IMG/VR virus record: IMGVR_UViG_3300045988_144682
DNA from: a virus
Direction: 5' to 3' (one strand)
DNA length: 64,000 nucleotides
In this document: piece after piece, positions 11,501-20,383 of the stretch
Numbering within the stretch: position 1 is the stretch's first letter
How the letters are laid out: each line of letters starts with the position of its first letter
The notes under the pieces: model-generated
Told to the model about the DNA's origin: nothing
Seen by the model: only the letters and a program-made list of their open reading frames with translations
The model's database searches: none
Made by a program: the position numbers and the translations under genes

Positions 11501-12420
11501 CTTCCGCTTGGATTTATATTTCTAATTGTGGCTGTCATTAAATCATCACCAGCGACCAAACGAAAACAGTTTTTTACTTCATCCTTATTTGAAGAATACG
11601 AAATATTTCCGGCGAAATTTTCATGGCTTAAAAAGATACCACTATCTGAACCATATCCAAATTTAATATTAGCAGAGTTACATTTGGTACACATTTTGTT
11701 TGTGAATGTTCCACGTTCTCCACATTCCATACAAACATCGTTTAAATCATAAACAGAAATTGTCCTGTGGATTTTTCCATCATTATTGACAGATTCGCCA
11801 TAAACAAACAAACATTCTACTTCATTTGCGATATCATCAAATGCGCCTTTTATAGTAGAACCATCCCATGAAAATGTTCTTTGCAAATTAGCGATAGAGG
11901 AATCTACATGAACAATTGTATAATGGGATGCTTTATCTTTTAAAATTCTATCTAATGCAGATCCTTCTGGATTAGTTGGATCATATATAATAGTAGGGGT
12001 GTAATCGTCCCTTGCAATATCATCCTCTGTGTTGATTTCAATATCATTTAAACTAAGCTGTCCAAGTTCAGCTTCTTGTAAATGAACACCTTGACAGTGT
12101 TTTATAGTAGCATCATCCTCATCTGTTTCAACGGAAAGTTCATACCACGGATTAAAAGATGCTGTGTCAAGATGTGGGATATAGATCAATCTAAAGTCTC
12201 TAATGTCGTTCCATAATTCACATGTAACATTATCAACCTTTTTATAAACATCAAAAGTAATTTCAGCAGCTTGTGCAAGATCATTTTTATTGGTAAGTGA
12301 TTGAACATTATGAATAATTCCTTGTTTTGTCCCACCACGATAAGCCAATACGAGATCAGGTGCAATAGGCTGTCCATCTGGACTTATTTCTATAAGACCA
12401 CCATATAAAGAAGTATTCAT
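5542..12420 (-). CDS. giant tail-associated (Tal-like) minor structural protein with collagen-like repeats
   Basis: 2292-aa ORF. Its start overlaps the Dit stop (TAATG). The N-terminus follows Dit as in siphovirus baseplates. Gly-X-Y runs (GIQGIPGKDGKDG) and duplicated ~190-aa modules are present. Confidence 0.75.
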   Translation of the reverse strand: MNTSLYGGLIEISPDGQPIAPDLVLAYRGGTKQGIIHNVQSLTNKNDLAQAAEITFDVYKKVDNVTCELWNDIRDFRLIYIPHLDTASFNPWYELSVETDEDDATIKHCQGVHLQEAELGQLSLNDIEINTEDDIARDDYTPTIIYDPTNPEGSALDRILKDKASHYTIVHVDSSIANLQRTFSWDGSTIKGAFDDIANEVECLFVYGESVNNDGKIHRTISVYDLNDVCMECGERGTFTNKMCTKCNSANIKFGYGSDSGIFLSHENFAGNISYSSNKDEVKNCFRLVAGDDLMTATIRNINPSGSQYIWYFSDSVRADMSKTLRDKLSTYEKEYASYSSDKKIDIPSTVISDYNTLINKYKLYDSSLMNVKYPIVGYSSLTDLYYSALNFYSLLKTTLAPVSERGTKTTAAQEIKKLTTNTLSPLGIQNANKASVSTVTLALQNYAKVFVDTSLYRITATNDSYSGNVWKGTITLSSYADENDKATTSIITIYVSDATSDFIKCQLEKAMKKNDVDATGTVALFKKDEAEFKKALSFYSVDNLNILASIVRGCLDILIQQGIADPENDMYESMYYPYYSKSIWIEDELRERESEILKLRGSKSNPEGVLDYIEKQRQVIANNLDLHTYLGNSLWTEFCSFRRDDTYKNDNFISDGLSDKELIMQAKEFIKNAEREIVKSATLQHTISCNLSNFLLVKEQDVESSPVPIVTLAGVNIVSHDQLYFVKGDATFSPLLVNFDVGNWVRIEIDETIYKLRLTSYKIDYDNLDSLNVEFSDVTYGLNSASDIQSILSQAQSMSTSYSMVQHQANKGNNANKQIMDMVENGLNLTNKKIVNAADNQNMVVDETGLLMREKNEFGDDYSSEQTKIINHGFYYTNDGWKTVQTGLGKYIYFDPESGTYKEDYGIIAHKIVGNIILGNKVGIYNTSGSVKIDENGFTVTSDANDTNKDLFTLQRKNEDGSYTKYVYVDDDGNIKINGKHIQMTTSDDLGSYIDKTIKQEASALVVQLDNEYIGITTDSNGNGGNFTDCYTNVTVFSGSTDITKSSDLSWTITATSGVTGEWDKTKYRYTLKGLSTDRGEVVFDLIYMGKIAISKKLRIAKLKAGATGGQGIQGIPGKDGKDGISTYIHIKYSSVANPTDDMLTEVPAAYIGICVDTNLNDPITASSYTWSRFSGKDGADGTPGLDGKDGEDSFVHFAYAQSADGSVNFNVCEYEGATYIGVYTDNIKADSTDYKKYAWSKFKGDDGKDGDSIYITSTEVVYIPSDNGITPPQANSLATSDGKNIVDSNGNEIATNKWLSSIPYVIEGSYLWTRTTVNYSDGNSTVTYSVSRQGIDGTDGKDGINGRDGRDGSSNYVHIKYSAYPNPTDDQISEIPSDYIGICVNDVIKDPDSANSYVWSKFAGKDGEDGIPGKNGYVHFAYAMSADGKEGFSKSEFTGAIYIGVYSDNTQADSGNYKDYTWSKIKGDDGKTPVKGVDYFDGTSSYLWIRYSANSDGSGMTTTPSADTKYIGTATTTTNTAPTTISNYKWSKYVGENGTPGKNGYVHIAYADSADGKTGFSKTVGMGKKYIGQYTDNIEADSDDSTKYTWTLIKGTDGKTPIKGVDYFDGTSSYLWVRYATDANGTGMTATPSSTTKYVGIASTTTSIAPTKSSEYKWSKYVGENGVPGENGYIHIAYADSSDGKTGFDTVNGTNKKYIGQYTDNIETDSKNPTDYTWSKIKGDDVTITSTKVEYITTTENSSVPPESVELVTNDGKSLIDNSSNLFVTNKWSDEIPDLVDGMYLWTRTTVQYSDGNSTVSYTNAKQGDVGDAGRTYFLELDTSAVKIDGNNIITPDTIKAKGYYRDGDGDRVVYPCRFIISKTYSDNRTEEIISSSNNISEQIFTIYGEANMPAFYTIEMHKANQIPTEDNLLDIQTVPILVDSSNMLIGARNLLKKSNQLEGCHYYGTDKVYSISEAEIDAKRVIKVQPGTGSNAAKAVYYEVYTDNLVATELGTKLTVSMNVYSRQNMTLNVCLANTNGVMQTTDMQQIQLTSGWNKVYTVLTLEDTEFDIVSDNRDMFVTSSGQLISTGNVGVTSNVLRITDNMNSNDYYAIDYIQLEKGNRPTDYYPAPEDLTDYADKITGDMSDELKKIISDVINDVVSNRKDFDDLVGEDGRIEEIRKSNVTTQQQVDKVQTDVNTYIVRVDAINGRVESIEQTTECFSMEDAGLRITRKISSQDPSMQLSMLLSEQKLSFYQGTDEVAYFSNNKLYVTDAEILDRLQLGKFAFIPRSNGNLSFRYLGGAINS
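7000..9105 (-). repeat. internal duplicated modules of the Tal-like gene
   Basis: Repeated protein units (collagen run - YVHIKYS..NPTDD - YIGICV - WSKF - GYVHFAYA - YIGVY - YTWSKIKGDDG; LWTRTTVxYSDGNSTV). An exact 32-nt repeat occurs at 7241-7272 and 8009-8040. Confidence 0.75.
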
Positions 12421-13220
12421 TATGCAATCACCACCTTCGCTATTGGGTTATATGAAATTGAGTATGTACAAGGTAAGTTAAATGTCAGTTTATTAACTGT
12501 TTTGCCATACTCATTGTTAATTCGTATAAACTTATAATTAAAATCATCACCCAACTCATGAGAATTATTACTTGACATAATTTGCAAAAGATGAGTGAAA
12601 GTCAAAGTTTCACCAGATGAGCAACCACGCACAACAGTTGTCCGTTTATCGTACTCATTAGTGATTTTTAAATCACCAGCAGATTTAAGCGTTATTGTAA
12701 TATCAGGATACAGATAACCTTCTTCATCGCTTGTGTCATTGATACTAATTGATCCGTCCTTGTCAACAGATCCACTAAAATTCAATTTATCCTTATAGCC
12801 GAACGGGGCAGTGGCAGTAAATGTTAGATGAAAGCCTATACAGCCAAAAGCATAATGAATTTCTTCTATATTAAATGTACCATTCCAAAAGTAACCATCA
12901 TATTCATCACTACATAACCGCAGCTCAGATGCATTTGGAGATCCAAGCCATCTTTTTATAACTGCACATTCAGTTGGAGAAATTAAATTTTTATTGTTTT
13001 TATCGCCTATTTTACATATTGAGAATTCCATAACTAATTGGCTGTTATATGTATAATATAAAATAGGAAAATATTTACTTCCAAACATTGAAATAGAAGT
13101 AAAATCTCTTTGAGAGTCAGTAGTCGCAGTATTTGCAGACGAAGCATCATCAAAATCGCATACCATATATCCATGACTACTTAATTTTTCATCACGAAAA
13201 ATAAAATCATAACCATACAT
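12420..13220 (-). CDS. distal tail protein (Dit) candidate
   Basis: 266-aa ORF with GGAGG RBS, positioned between the tape measure and Tal. Confidence 0.6.
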   Translation of the reverse strand: MYGYDFIFRDEKLSSHGYMVCDFDDASSANTATTDSQRDFTSISMFGSKYFPILYYTYNSQLVMEFSICKIGDKNNKNLISPTECAVIKRWLGSPNASELRLCSDEYDGYFWNGTFNIEEIHYAFGCIGFHLTFTATAPFGYKDKLNFSGSVDKDGSISINDTSDEEGYLYPDITITLKSAGDLKITNEYDKRTTVVRGCSSGETLTFTHLLQIMSSNNSHELGDDFNYKFIRINNEYGKTVNKLTFNLPCTYSISYNPIAKVVIA

Positions 13221-13258
13221 AATAATTCCTCCATTAGTTTATTGTGAAAAATAACTGT

Positions 13259-13561
13259 TTACTTTTGACGTTTCATATTTTTTACTAAGTCATCCATTTC
13301 TTTTTTATATTTTTTCTTCATAGAATTAACAGACATAATTGCCTGAGAATATTTTTCTTTTAGTTCCTTTATATCCGCTATACCGTCACGATAGATTTGC
13401 TCGGATTCTTGTATGTCAGATATAACTTTTTCAAGAGAGGATATCTTCTGTTTCAATATAGTATTTTCTTCGATAAGTTCTTTATTTTTGAGTATTAAAG
13501 AATCATTCGATTTCAGAAGTCGTTGAATTTTTCTTTTTTGCATTTCTTTTTCTAAAATCAT
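13259..13561 (-). CDS. hypothetical coiled-coil protein
   Basis: 100-aa Lys/Glu-rich ORF with an AGGAG RBS. Confidence 0.5.
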   Translation of the reverse strand: MILEKEMQKRKIQRLLKSNDSLILKNKELIEENTILKQKISSLEKVISDIQESEQIYRDGIADIKELKEKYSQAIMSVNSMKKKYKKEMDDLVKNMKRQK

Positions 13562-13573
13562 GTTTTACTCCTA

Positions 13574-13605
13574 ATAAAAATGAAGGGCGTATTACAGCCC
13601 CTCAT
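13574..13605 (-). terminator. intrinsic terminator after tape measure
   Basis: Minus strand reads ATGAGGGGC-TGTAATA-CGCCCTTCAT followed by TTTTTATT. Confidence 0.5.
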
Positions 13606-16600
13606 TTACCACTTATATTTATTTTTGGCTAATGTGCTTTTACCAGCAACAACACCAATCGTCATAGCTTGAATCATATCTTCAAACTTTTCATCCTTTT
13701 TTGCACGATTCATAAATTCCTCATAGTTTGTTACATTTGGCAGATTAAATGTAACTTCACCTATGCTGTTATTATTTACACGCATATAAGGTTCAAGACC
13801 AGAAAGAATACCATTATTAAACAAGTTCCCACTAATAAATCCAGACGGATCGCTTGCCATATCCCATATGTTTCGTGTGGCATCGGCGGTAAGCACACTG
13901 TCACCTTTTGCGATATGAGTTACAATAGCGTTCTCAGATGGCTTGACAATAGATTCACTACCAAGCTCATTTACCCACGCATTTTCAGCTTTCGGAGCAT
14001 TTTTCAGACCGACAGCATATTTATTGTAATGATATGGTGAAAGATCACGGATTCCCTGGTATCTACCAACCCACGCACCAGAACGTACATAACCTTCTCT
14101 GCCCATCTGATTTACGATACTTTGAACTCTATTGGCATCAAAACCTTTAGCTTGCAAACGGCTAACTCTGGTATTTCCAGTTCCCCAACCATAGTTACCG
14201 TTCCAAATAGCAAGAGCAACACCATAGTAATCCTTATCGGTTCGTGCCGGTTTTAATGGTGTAGAAGGAGTATTGTTTGACGGTTTTGAAGGTTGACTTG
14301 CTGGTTTACTTGCTTCCGTCTGTTTCTTTGTGGCTTCCGCTTTAGCTTTCGCCTCTGCATCTGCCTTTGCAATCAAAGCATCAGTATAAGCCTTAATACC
14401 AAGAATCGCATTCAATGTAGAAGTATTCTGTGTTAAGAACTGATCGCCATATTTAGAAATAACAGTGAAAGCACCACCATCATTCGTCCAGATAGAATTC
14501 ATGGTTTCTGACAATGTATAGCCAACATTTGCACATTCTTGTTGAATTGTATCGCTAATAGAAGATGAATTTGCATTGATTGAATCAATCATGTCAGATA
14601 AAAAAGCATCAACGTTATCCAATCTTGCATTAAGAGATAACTCATATTCATTATACAAATCATCTAATAATTTTTTCTGGTCTGTGATGTATCTGTCATA
14701 CTCTGTTTCTTGCAATTCTTCCATAGCTTTTGATAAATCAACCTGAATTTTCTGAATTGTAGCTTTAGTTTCCTCTGAATTATCTCCGGCATAAGCTGAT
14801 AACTGTTTCTGCAAAGAAGCAATTTCATCAGATTGTTCTTTTACCTTTTTCTGATAATCATAGAGGTCTTTTGCACTATCCAATGAATCTGTATAAGCAT
14901 CTATCAAATCTTTGAGAGAATCAAGCTGCGCTTCAATTCCGTCTTTTACCAAATCAATCATAGCCTGTTTTTCATCTTCGGCAGCAAGAATAGATTTTCT
15001 CTGTAATTCGAGAAGTTCCTGTCTACGTTCAATGAGGTCAGTGTTATATGGATCTTTAGCAATTTCCGCATTTAACTCTTTGATAGCTTTGGCATATTGG
15101 TCAGCTTGTGCCATATCGACATTGTAATTCTGTCCATGTAATCCCATAGTTGCCATGCCGGTATCTGTCATTTGACCTTTATCATCAAATAACTTTCCAT
15201 TTGCCATTAAGTCAATGAGAAAATCTGCTTCATCGGTAATATTTGATATACGGTCTTCCATATAATCAAAATATTCCCAATCAAGCTCACGCATTGTTTT
15301 CTGATATTCAAGCAGCGAGAGATTAGATTCATCAATTGCCTCTTTGACATCATTGATGCTTTTCTGCATCTCATACCATTGCTCAGAACCCTTTTCGATT
15401 TCACCAGAAGCCATTGCCTGATTGAAAGATTCCGTTAAATCAACTAATTCTTTTTGGAGAATTGCCTGATTTTCTTTTTCAGCTTTTTGGAGAGCTTGAT
15501 AATAAACCTTGCTTCCTTTTAAGCCTTTTGCTTCCAGTGTATCAAGCCCAGTGTTATATGTATCAGTCAAATGTTGTACAAGAGCTAACTGGTTATCAAA
15601 ATCAGTGGAAATGTTACTGAATCTGTCAGCATATAACTGGGCGATTTCTTCATGCAAATCGGCTACAGCGTCTTTTGCTTCAATCGCTTTTTCATAAAAG
15701 TCTTGAAAATCCTTAATCTTATCAGACAAGTCTTCATCAGTAATCGTGGATATATCAATCGTGCCATTCTTTACCTTGTCCATCCAGTCAGATGATAAAC
15801 CGACAGAATTAGCCTGTTGCATATATCTGGTGTATGCTTGATTCTGAGTATTGATTTGCTGAGTGATTAAAGAGATTTCATCGGCAGCAGTACTATTACG
15901 TTTTACCAACGTTTTGAATGCACTTTCTGCTTTTACTTTTACTCTGTCAATCGCTTCACTGATTCGATTTATGGCAATTTCAATCCAGTCAAATGTTTCT
16001 TCAAAATCTTTTTCTGTTGAAGAACTGCTTGAACTAGAACTTGATTTACTAGAAGAAGATGATCTTCCACTAGAACCGCTTGATTTTCCAGAAGACTTAC
16101 TACTTGATTTTCCAGAAGACTTACTACTTGATTTTGATGAAGAACCGCCACTTGTAGAAGGAAACCTCCAACCACTAGCATAAGCAGTACCACCAAGATA
16201 AGAACGTCCCCTAGAGTTAATCTTGCCACTTGATAAAAGTTGGCGTGATTGCTCTGCATCGAATACAATAGAACCTTCTGGAATATGGGCAAATTCAGCA
16301 CCACGATCTCCGACAGTCCACCATTGATTACCATTGACAACAATTTCTTGTCCTTTTTCACCGGTTAAAGCATCTTCAGATACTTTTGTCTTCCAACTGT
16401 CTTTAAGCCAACTTGTATCAAACAATGTTCCAGAAGCTCTTGCCGTACCACCATAACGAGCAGTACCAAGTAATTTACCCTTTCCAGTAGAAGAATATGT
16501 ATCTATATGATGCGTATAGATATACATATTTGAGGTTTTGCCATTTACACCATTCAAAGCAGAAGCAGCACTACTAGCAACAGAAGTTGCATTTTCTGTA

Positions 16601-19340
16601 GCTGTAATATTTGCCTTTGGTGATAATTTCGGTTGCAAAGAATTTAAAGCATTGTCTACAGTCTGGATTTCGCCAGTTGCAGTATCAGTAATGGAAATTT
16701 CACCATTCAAATATGCTTCTTTTTGTTCTGGTGTAAGAGAATTCCAAGTATTGATAACCCATGTTGCTTGATCTTCGGCAGACAATGATGCAAATTTTGG
16801 ATTTGCACTTGCATCATTCCATAACTGAATCAACTGAGTTGCATAATCTTCTGAGTATAAAGCACAAGTTTTAGAAATTAACTCACGTTTATTAACATCC
16901 TCGATTACAGGTGTTGCTTGATCTTCCGCAAGAATATTAAATGTGAGTGTATTATCTTCACCTTGTAAAACCTCTATTTTTTTCTGAACACCATCAATTT
17001 CGGCGGTATAAGTAATCGTACCGTCTTGATTTTTAAGAGCCTTTACTTCATCCTCAATGCCATCGCCATCAACGTCAGCATTAAATGTAATAGAACTTCC
17101 AGAAGCAAGTTGCTCAAGTTGTGATTGAATTTCATCAGTTGAAAGTTCCGCATTAACATGAAGCTCTTGAGGTTTGCTAAAGAAATCTTCCCATGCACTT
17201 TGTACTTCTTCTATAGAACTGTCAGTATTGATTTCTGGGTGAGTTTCAGAAAAAGCATTGAGTATGGATTTTTGTAATTCTTGAGTATTCTGGATTTTCG
17301 CTTGAATCTCAATAAATTTATTACTACCATATTCCTCTTTTGAAAGCTGGTCGTATAAGTCATTGATTGTATTTTCATTGACTTTTATCTTAGCTTGTAC
17401 TTCTGCAGAAACATTATCAACTTGTAAACCTTGTTTGGCAGTAGTGAGATATTTTTGATTGGCAGCCAATACCTCTGCATTCGTATCTGCATTTTTACCA
17501 CCTTGTCCAGATTGTTTTGCTGTCAGTTCATCAATCTGAGCCTGAATAGTAGAAAGGTCATATACAAATTCGATATGTACAATCTGGTCTTCCGTGAGTT
17601 CTGTCATATCATCTTGATATTTTTGATACTCGTCATCCCAGTTTTCAATAAGACTTCCAAGATGTTTTTTAAGCTGTCCGTCTTCCATATCTTTGTAAAC
17701 AGAATGAATTCCATCAAGTGCAGTCTTATATCTGTTTAATCCTTCAGCACTGAATACAACATCGTCAAATTCAGCACCATAAGATTCAAGACTATGCATA
17801 AGAGACTCAGTAGCCTCAACACTAATTCCAAGTTCTTTAGCAGCAGCAGCACTATTCTTGAATTTCTTTGTCCAAGAAAATTCGCCATTATCTTTTGTGG
17901 CAAATCCGCTCTTAACCAAATCATCGGCAAAATTAGTTACACTCTGAAGTGGGTTATCACTATCAAAGTATCGTTTTATTTTCTGCTGTGCTTTCTCCCA
18001 ATATTCAACATAAGCATCAGCATCATATTTATAATCATCTGGATTTATTTTTCCATATGTCATAAATTGGGCAGCAGTTTGGAAATCATCTGTGCCAACT
18101 TTGCCTTTCTTGTAAAGCTCTTGTGCTTTACTCAAAGCATCTGCCATATCAGTCCAATCTTGATCCTTATTTTTAGAATCCATTGCAGCTTTTACGCCAG
18201 CGATAGAACCATCTACACCAATAATTGCTTCTGAAGCTTCATCGGCACTTGCAGCTAAATCATTGAAATACTTCGCAATATCGGAAGCGTCCACACCATC
18301 AATGGCAATTCCCATACGCTTAATATCATCCGCTGTAAGTTCTGCCTGTTTTGCAGCTTCAAGGAGATTATCTTTAATGAAGTTTTTGCCGGTACTTCCA
18401 TCAAAGAAAGAATTGATTTTATTTAATTTCTTCTCTGCTTCTGATAAATCAACATTATTGTAAGCATCAAATAAATCATTTATACGATTTACAGTGTCTT
18501 CATATCCTGGAAGTACACTACCGTCTGTAGAGAAAAGAGAAGAGTAGTTTGAGTTAATTGTCTCAACATCTTCACTAACTTCTTTTTCCAAGTCACTAAC
18601 ATCTGATTTGAGATTTTTAAGCTGCTTTGTCTTCTGCTCATACTCAGTATCAGCTTGCCAGAAATGCTTATGATATTCCGGCTCCATGTTAGCAATTTCT
18701 TCTTCAAGTTTTACTTGCTCTGCTTTCTTCTCATTAAGTTTTTCTTGTTTAGATGTAGCACGATCAATGATATCACCAGACATATATTCCATGATTGGCA
18801 TACCATTGGTATCAGTCATCATATATCCATTTTTATCTTTAAGGAAATCGCCAGTTTGCCATGTTAAATCTTTCGTCAAAACATGGTTCGCATCTTCGGC
18901 AGCTACACCTTGTTGATAATTAGCAAGTTTCTGTTTGATTGCTAACTGTCTTTCAAGCTGGTCGTTTTCAGCCTGTAACTTTTGTAATTCAGCCTCTTCG
19001 GTTATGGTAAGAGAATCCATAGAGTTTAACTCATTGATTCTGTCCTTTACCTCTGAAAGCCGAGACTCTAAAGATTCTACTTCACTTGCTGTCTGTTCAT
19101 AAGCACTACGAGACTTATCGGCTTTTTCTACGGCTTCATCAAATGATTCTGTGACAAGATCGACTATGGCAACAACAGCAACGATGCCAGCAGCAATAGC
19201 AAGAAAGCCACCTAAAGCAGCAGTAGATATACCTATCGCACTAGCAAGACCTTCAAAACCTAATGATGCTGCAGCAGCAACATCACCTAAAGAAGTTAAG
19301 CCACCAGCAGCGGACATAGCACCAATAAGATCTTTTATCG
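13606..19340 (-). CDS. tape measure protein, exon 2 (C-terminal ~1911 aa)
   Basis: Long ORF without its own RBS. It continues the Gly/Ala hydrophobic segment of exon 1, then long coiled coils, a Ser/Lys low-complexity run and a CW_7-like motif (IWNGNYGWGTGNTRVSRLQAKGFDANRVQSIVNQM). The exon boundary is inferred. Confidence 0.7.
16081..16135 (-). repeat. 24-nt perfect tandem repeat in Ser/Lys-rich tract of TMP
   Basis: TGATTTTCCAGAAGACTTACTACT occurs twice (16081-16104, 16105-16128), followed by a 7-nt partial copy. Encodes the SSKSSGKS repeats. Confidence 0.85.
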
Positions 19341-19347
19341 CCAATAA

Positions 19348-19374
19348 TAATCTTGCAAATAATAATAGTAATAA
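19348..19374. repeat. left arm of 27-bp inverted repeat
   Basis: Reverse complement of 19962-19988 with one mismatch, including 19 consecutive perfect bp (19348-19366 / 19970-19988). Confidence 0.9.
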
Positions 19375-19385
19375 ACAGATTTTTG

Positions 19386-19394
19386 TGATATAAT
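19386..19394 (+). promoter_or_regulatory. extended -10 promoter (TGATATAAT) for the intron-embedded plus-strand gene
   Basis: TGnTATAAT lies 33 nt upstream of ATG 19427. AAGGAG RBS sits 7 nt before the ATG. The -35 is weak. Confidence 0.5.
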
Positions 19395-19426
19395 TATAAA
19401 TAATATCAAACAATAAGGAGAAAAAT

Positions 19427-19960
19427 ATGGCACTTATTAAATGTCCTGAGTGCGGAAAAGAAATTTCCGACAAATCAAAACATTGCATTCATTGTGGATA
19501 TCCACTTGATGAATTAAAAATAAATAATACCAACCAACTCTACAAAATTGTATTAACAGATCATGGCAAAAACAAAGTTCAAACAATTGCCAAAATCCGT
19601 GAATTTACCGGCATGGGATTAGCCGAAGCAAAGAAATTTTCTGAATCTTTACCACAAGTAATTCAATCTGGTATCAACATGGATGAATGTAATTTGATAC
19701 AGTCACACTTTTTATCAGTCGGTGCAACCGTAGAAATTCAGCCAGATAATGAATCTGTTTCAAAAAACACAGTTTTAGAGAATAAACCAATAGCAAAAGC
19801 TATAGTTAAAGACAAAAATGTAATTACTTGTCCGAAATGTGGATCTACTGCTATCGTAACCACAAATAGAGGATTCTCTATAATGACTGGATTTATTGGC
19901 TCTGGCAGTCCACGTAATGTATGTCAAAATTGTGGATTCAAATGGAAACCAAGAGCATAA
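19427..19960 (+). CDS. zinc-ribbon / ribosomal protein L7-L12 C-terminal-domain-like / zinc-ribbon protein
   Basis: 177 aa. N-terminal CPECG..CIHCG. Central region YKIVLTDHGKNKVQTIAKIREFTGMGLAEAKKFSESLPQVIQSGINMDECNLIQSHFLSVGATVEIQ aligns along its length with the E. coli L7/L12 CTD. C-terminal CPKCG..CQNCG. Confidence 0.8.
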   Translation: MALIKCPECGKEISDKSKHCIHCGYPLDELKINNTNQLYKIVLTDHGKNKVQTIAKIREFTGMGLAEAKKFSESLPQVIQSGINMDECNLIQSHFLSVGATVEIQPDNESVSKNTVLENKPIAKAIVKDKNVITCPKCGSTAIVTTNRGFSIMTGFIGSGSPRNVCQNCGFKWKPRA

Positions 19961-19961
19961 A

Positions 19962-19988
19962 TTATTACCATTATTATTTGCAAGATTA
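19962..19988. repeat. right arm of 27-bp inverted repeat
   Basis: Pairs with 19348-19374. Starts 2 nt after the stop of the 177-aa gene. Confidence 0.9.
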
Positions 19989-20047
19989 GATATGCTACTT
20001 CGTGTATTGGACTACAATGACAGTTTGGTTACTGACGAGCATATCAA

Positions 20048-20075
20048 CATGACTATGATATAATCATGTTTTATC
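20048..20075 (+). terminator. probable intrinsic terminator of the plus-strand gene (same hairpin as intron P9)
   Basis: CATGACTAT-GAT-ATAATCATG (9-bp stem) followed by TTTTAT on the plus strand. Confidence 0.45.
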
Positions 20076-20383
20076 CGACTGTCTATCACACTTGCCTATG
20101 GCAAGCGAACTCCCTTACAGTCTGTGAACCTTCCCGTTTATCACAAATTCCAACGTGATACAAACCTATAAAATAGGAGAGGGGATTGGATGCTGACTAT
20201 CCATTGTCCTATACAGTATACTTAGCATTATTTTTTAGCATATATACATTTTGACGTATAGTGTAAATTCAAACTTTTTTCTGCATTTCTGCGACTATCA
20301 CGCCTATCCGTTAGGATTACGTTGTAGCGTTGAATTGTTAGGATTTCCCAGCAGTTTGAAAGTTTATGCATCTATGGACTCGC

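Larger units (their letters stand above)
19341..20383 (-). mobile_element. putative group I self-splicing intron interrupting the tape measure gene
   Basis: The minus-strand RNA carries these elements in order: a P1-like hairpin with a U.G pair and GCGA loop (20392-20371); GTTCACAGACT, R/P7 (20129-20119); a P8 hairpin (20106-20088); GATAGACAGTCGG, S/P7' (20087-20075); P9 (20068-20048); P9.1 (20045-19989); a 27-bp P9.2 stem. Removing 1043 nt restores the reading frame. Boundaries are good to about +/-30 nt. Confidence 0.65.

Noticed and set aside
5752-12377. Numerous 60-90-aa ORFs on both strands within the Tal-like gene, and similar ones inside TMP, TerL, RNAP and others
   Set aside because: They are nested in long, well-supported genes, lack RBSs and have AT-rich random-looking composition.
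15863-16361. 106-aa and 130-aa ORFs overlapping the TMP Ser/Lys tract
   Set aside because: Alternative-frame and antisense artefacts of a low-complexity repeat inside a strongly supported long gene.
19315-19317. ATG (M58) as an independent start for a separate C-terminal TMP protein
   Set aside because: There is no Shine-Dalgarno sequence, whereas neighbouring late genes have GGAGG. I keep it only as the fallback if splicing is disproved.
19341-19488. N-terminal ~50 codons of the 1960-aa ORF (MQCFDLSEISFPHSG…LLLLLFARLL)
   Set aside because: They are antisense to the well-supported 177-aa plus-strand gene and to the inverted-repeat arm, and there is no RBS. I treat them as read-through of intron sequence rather than coding.
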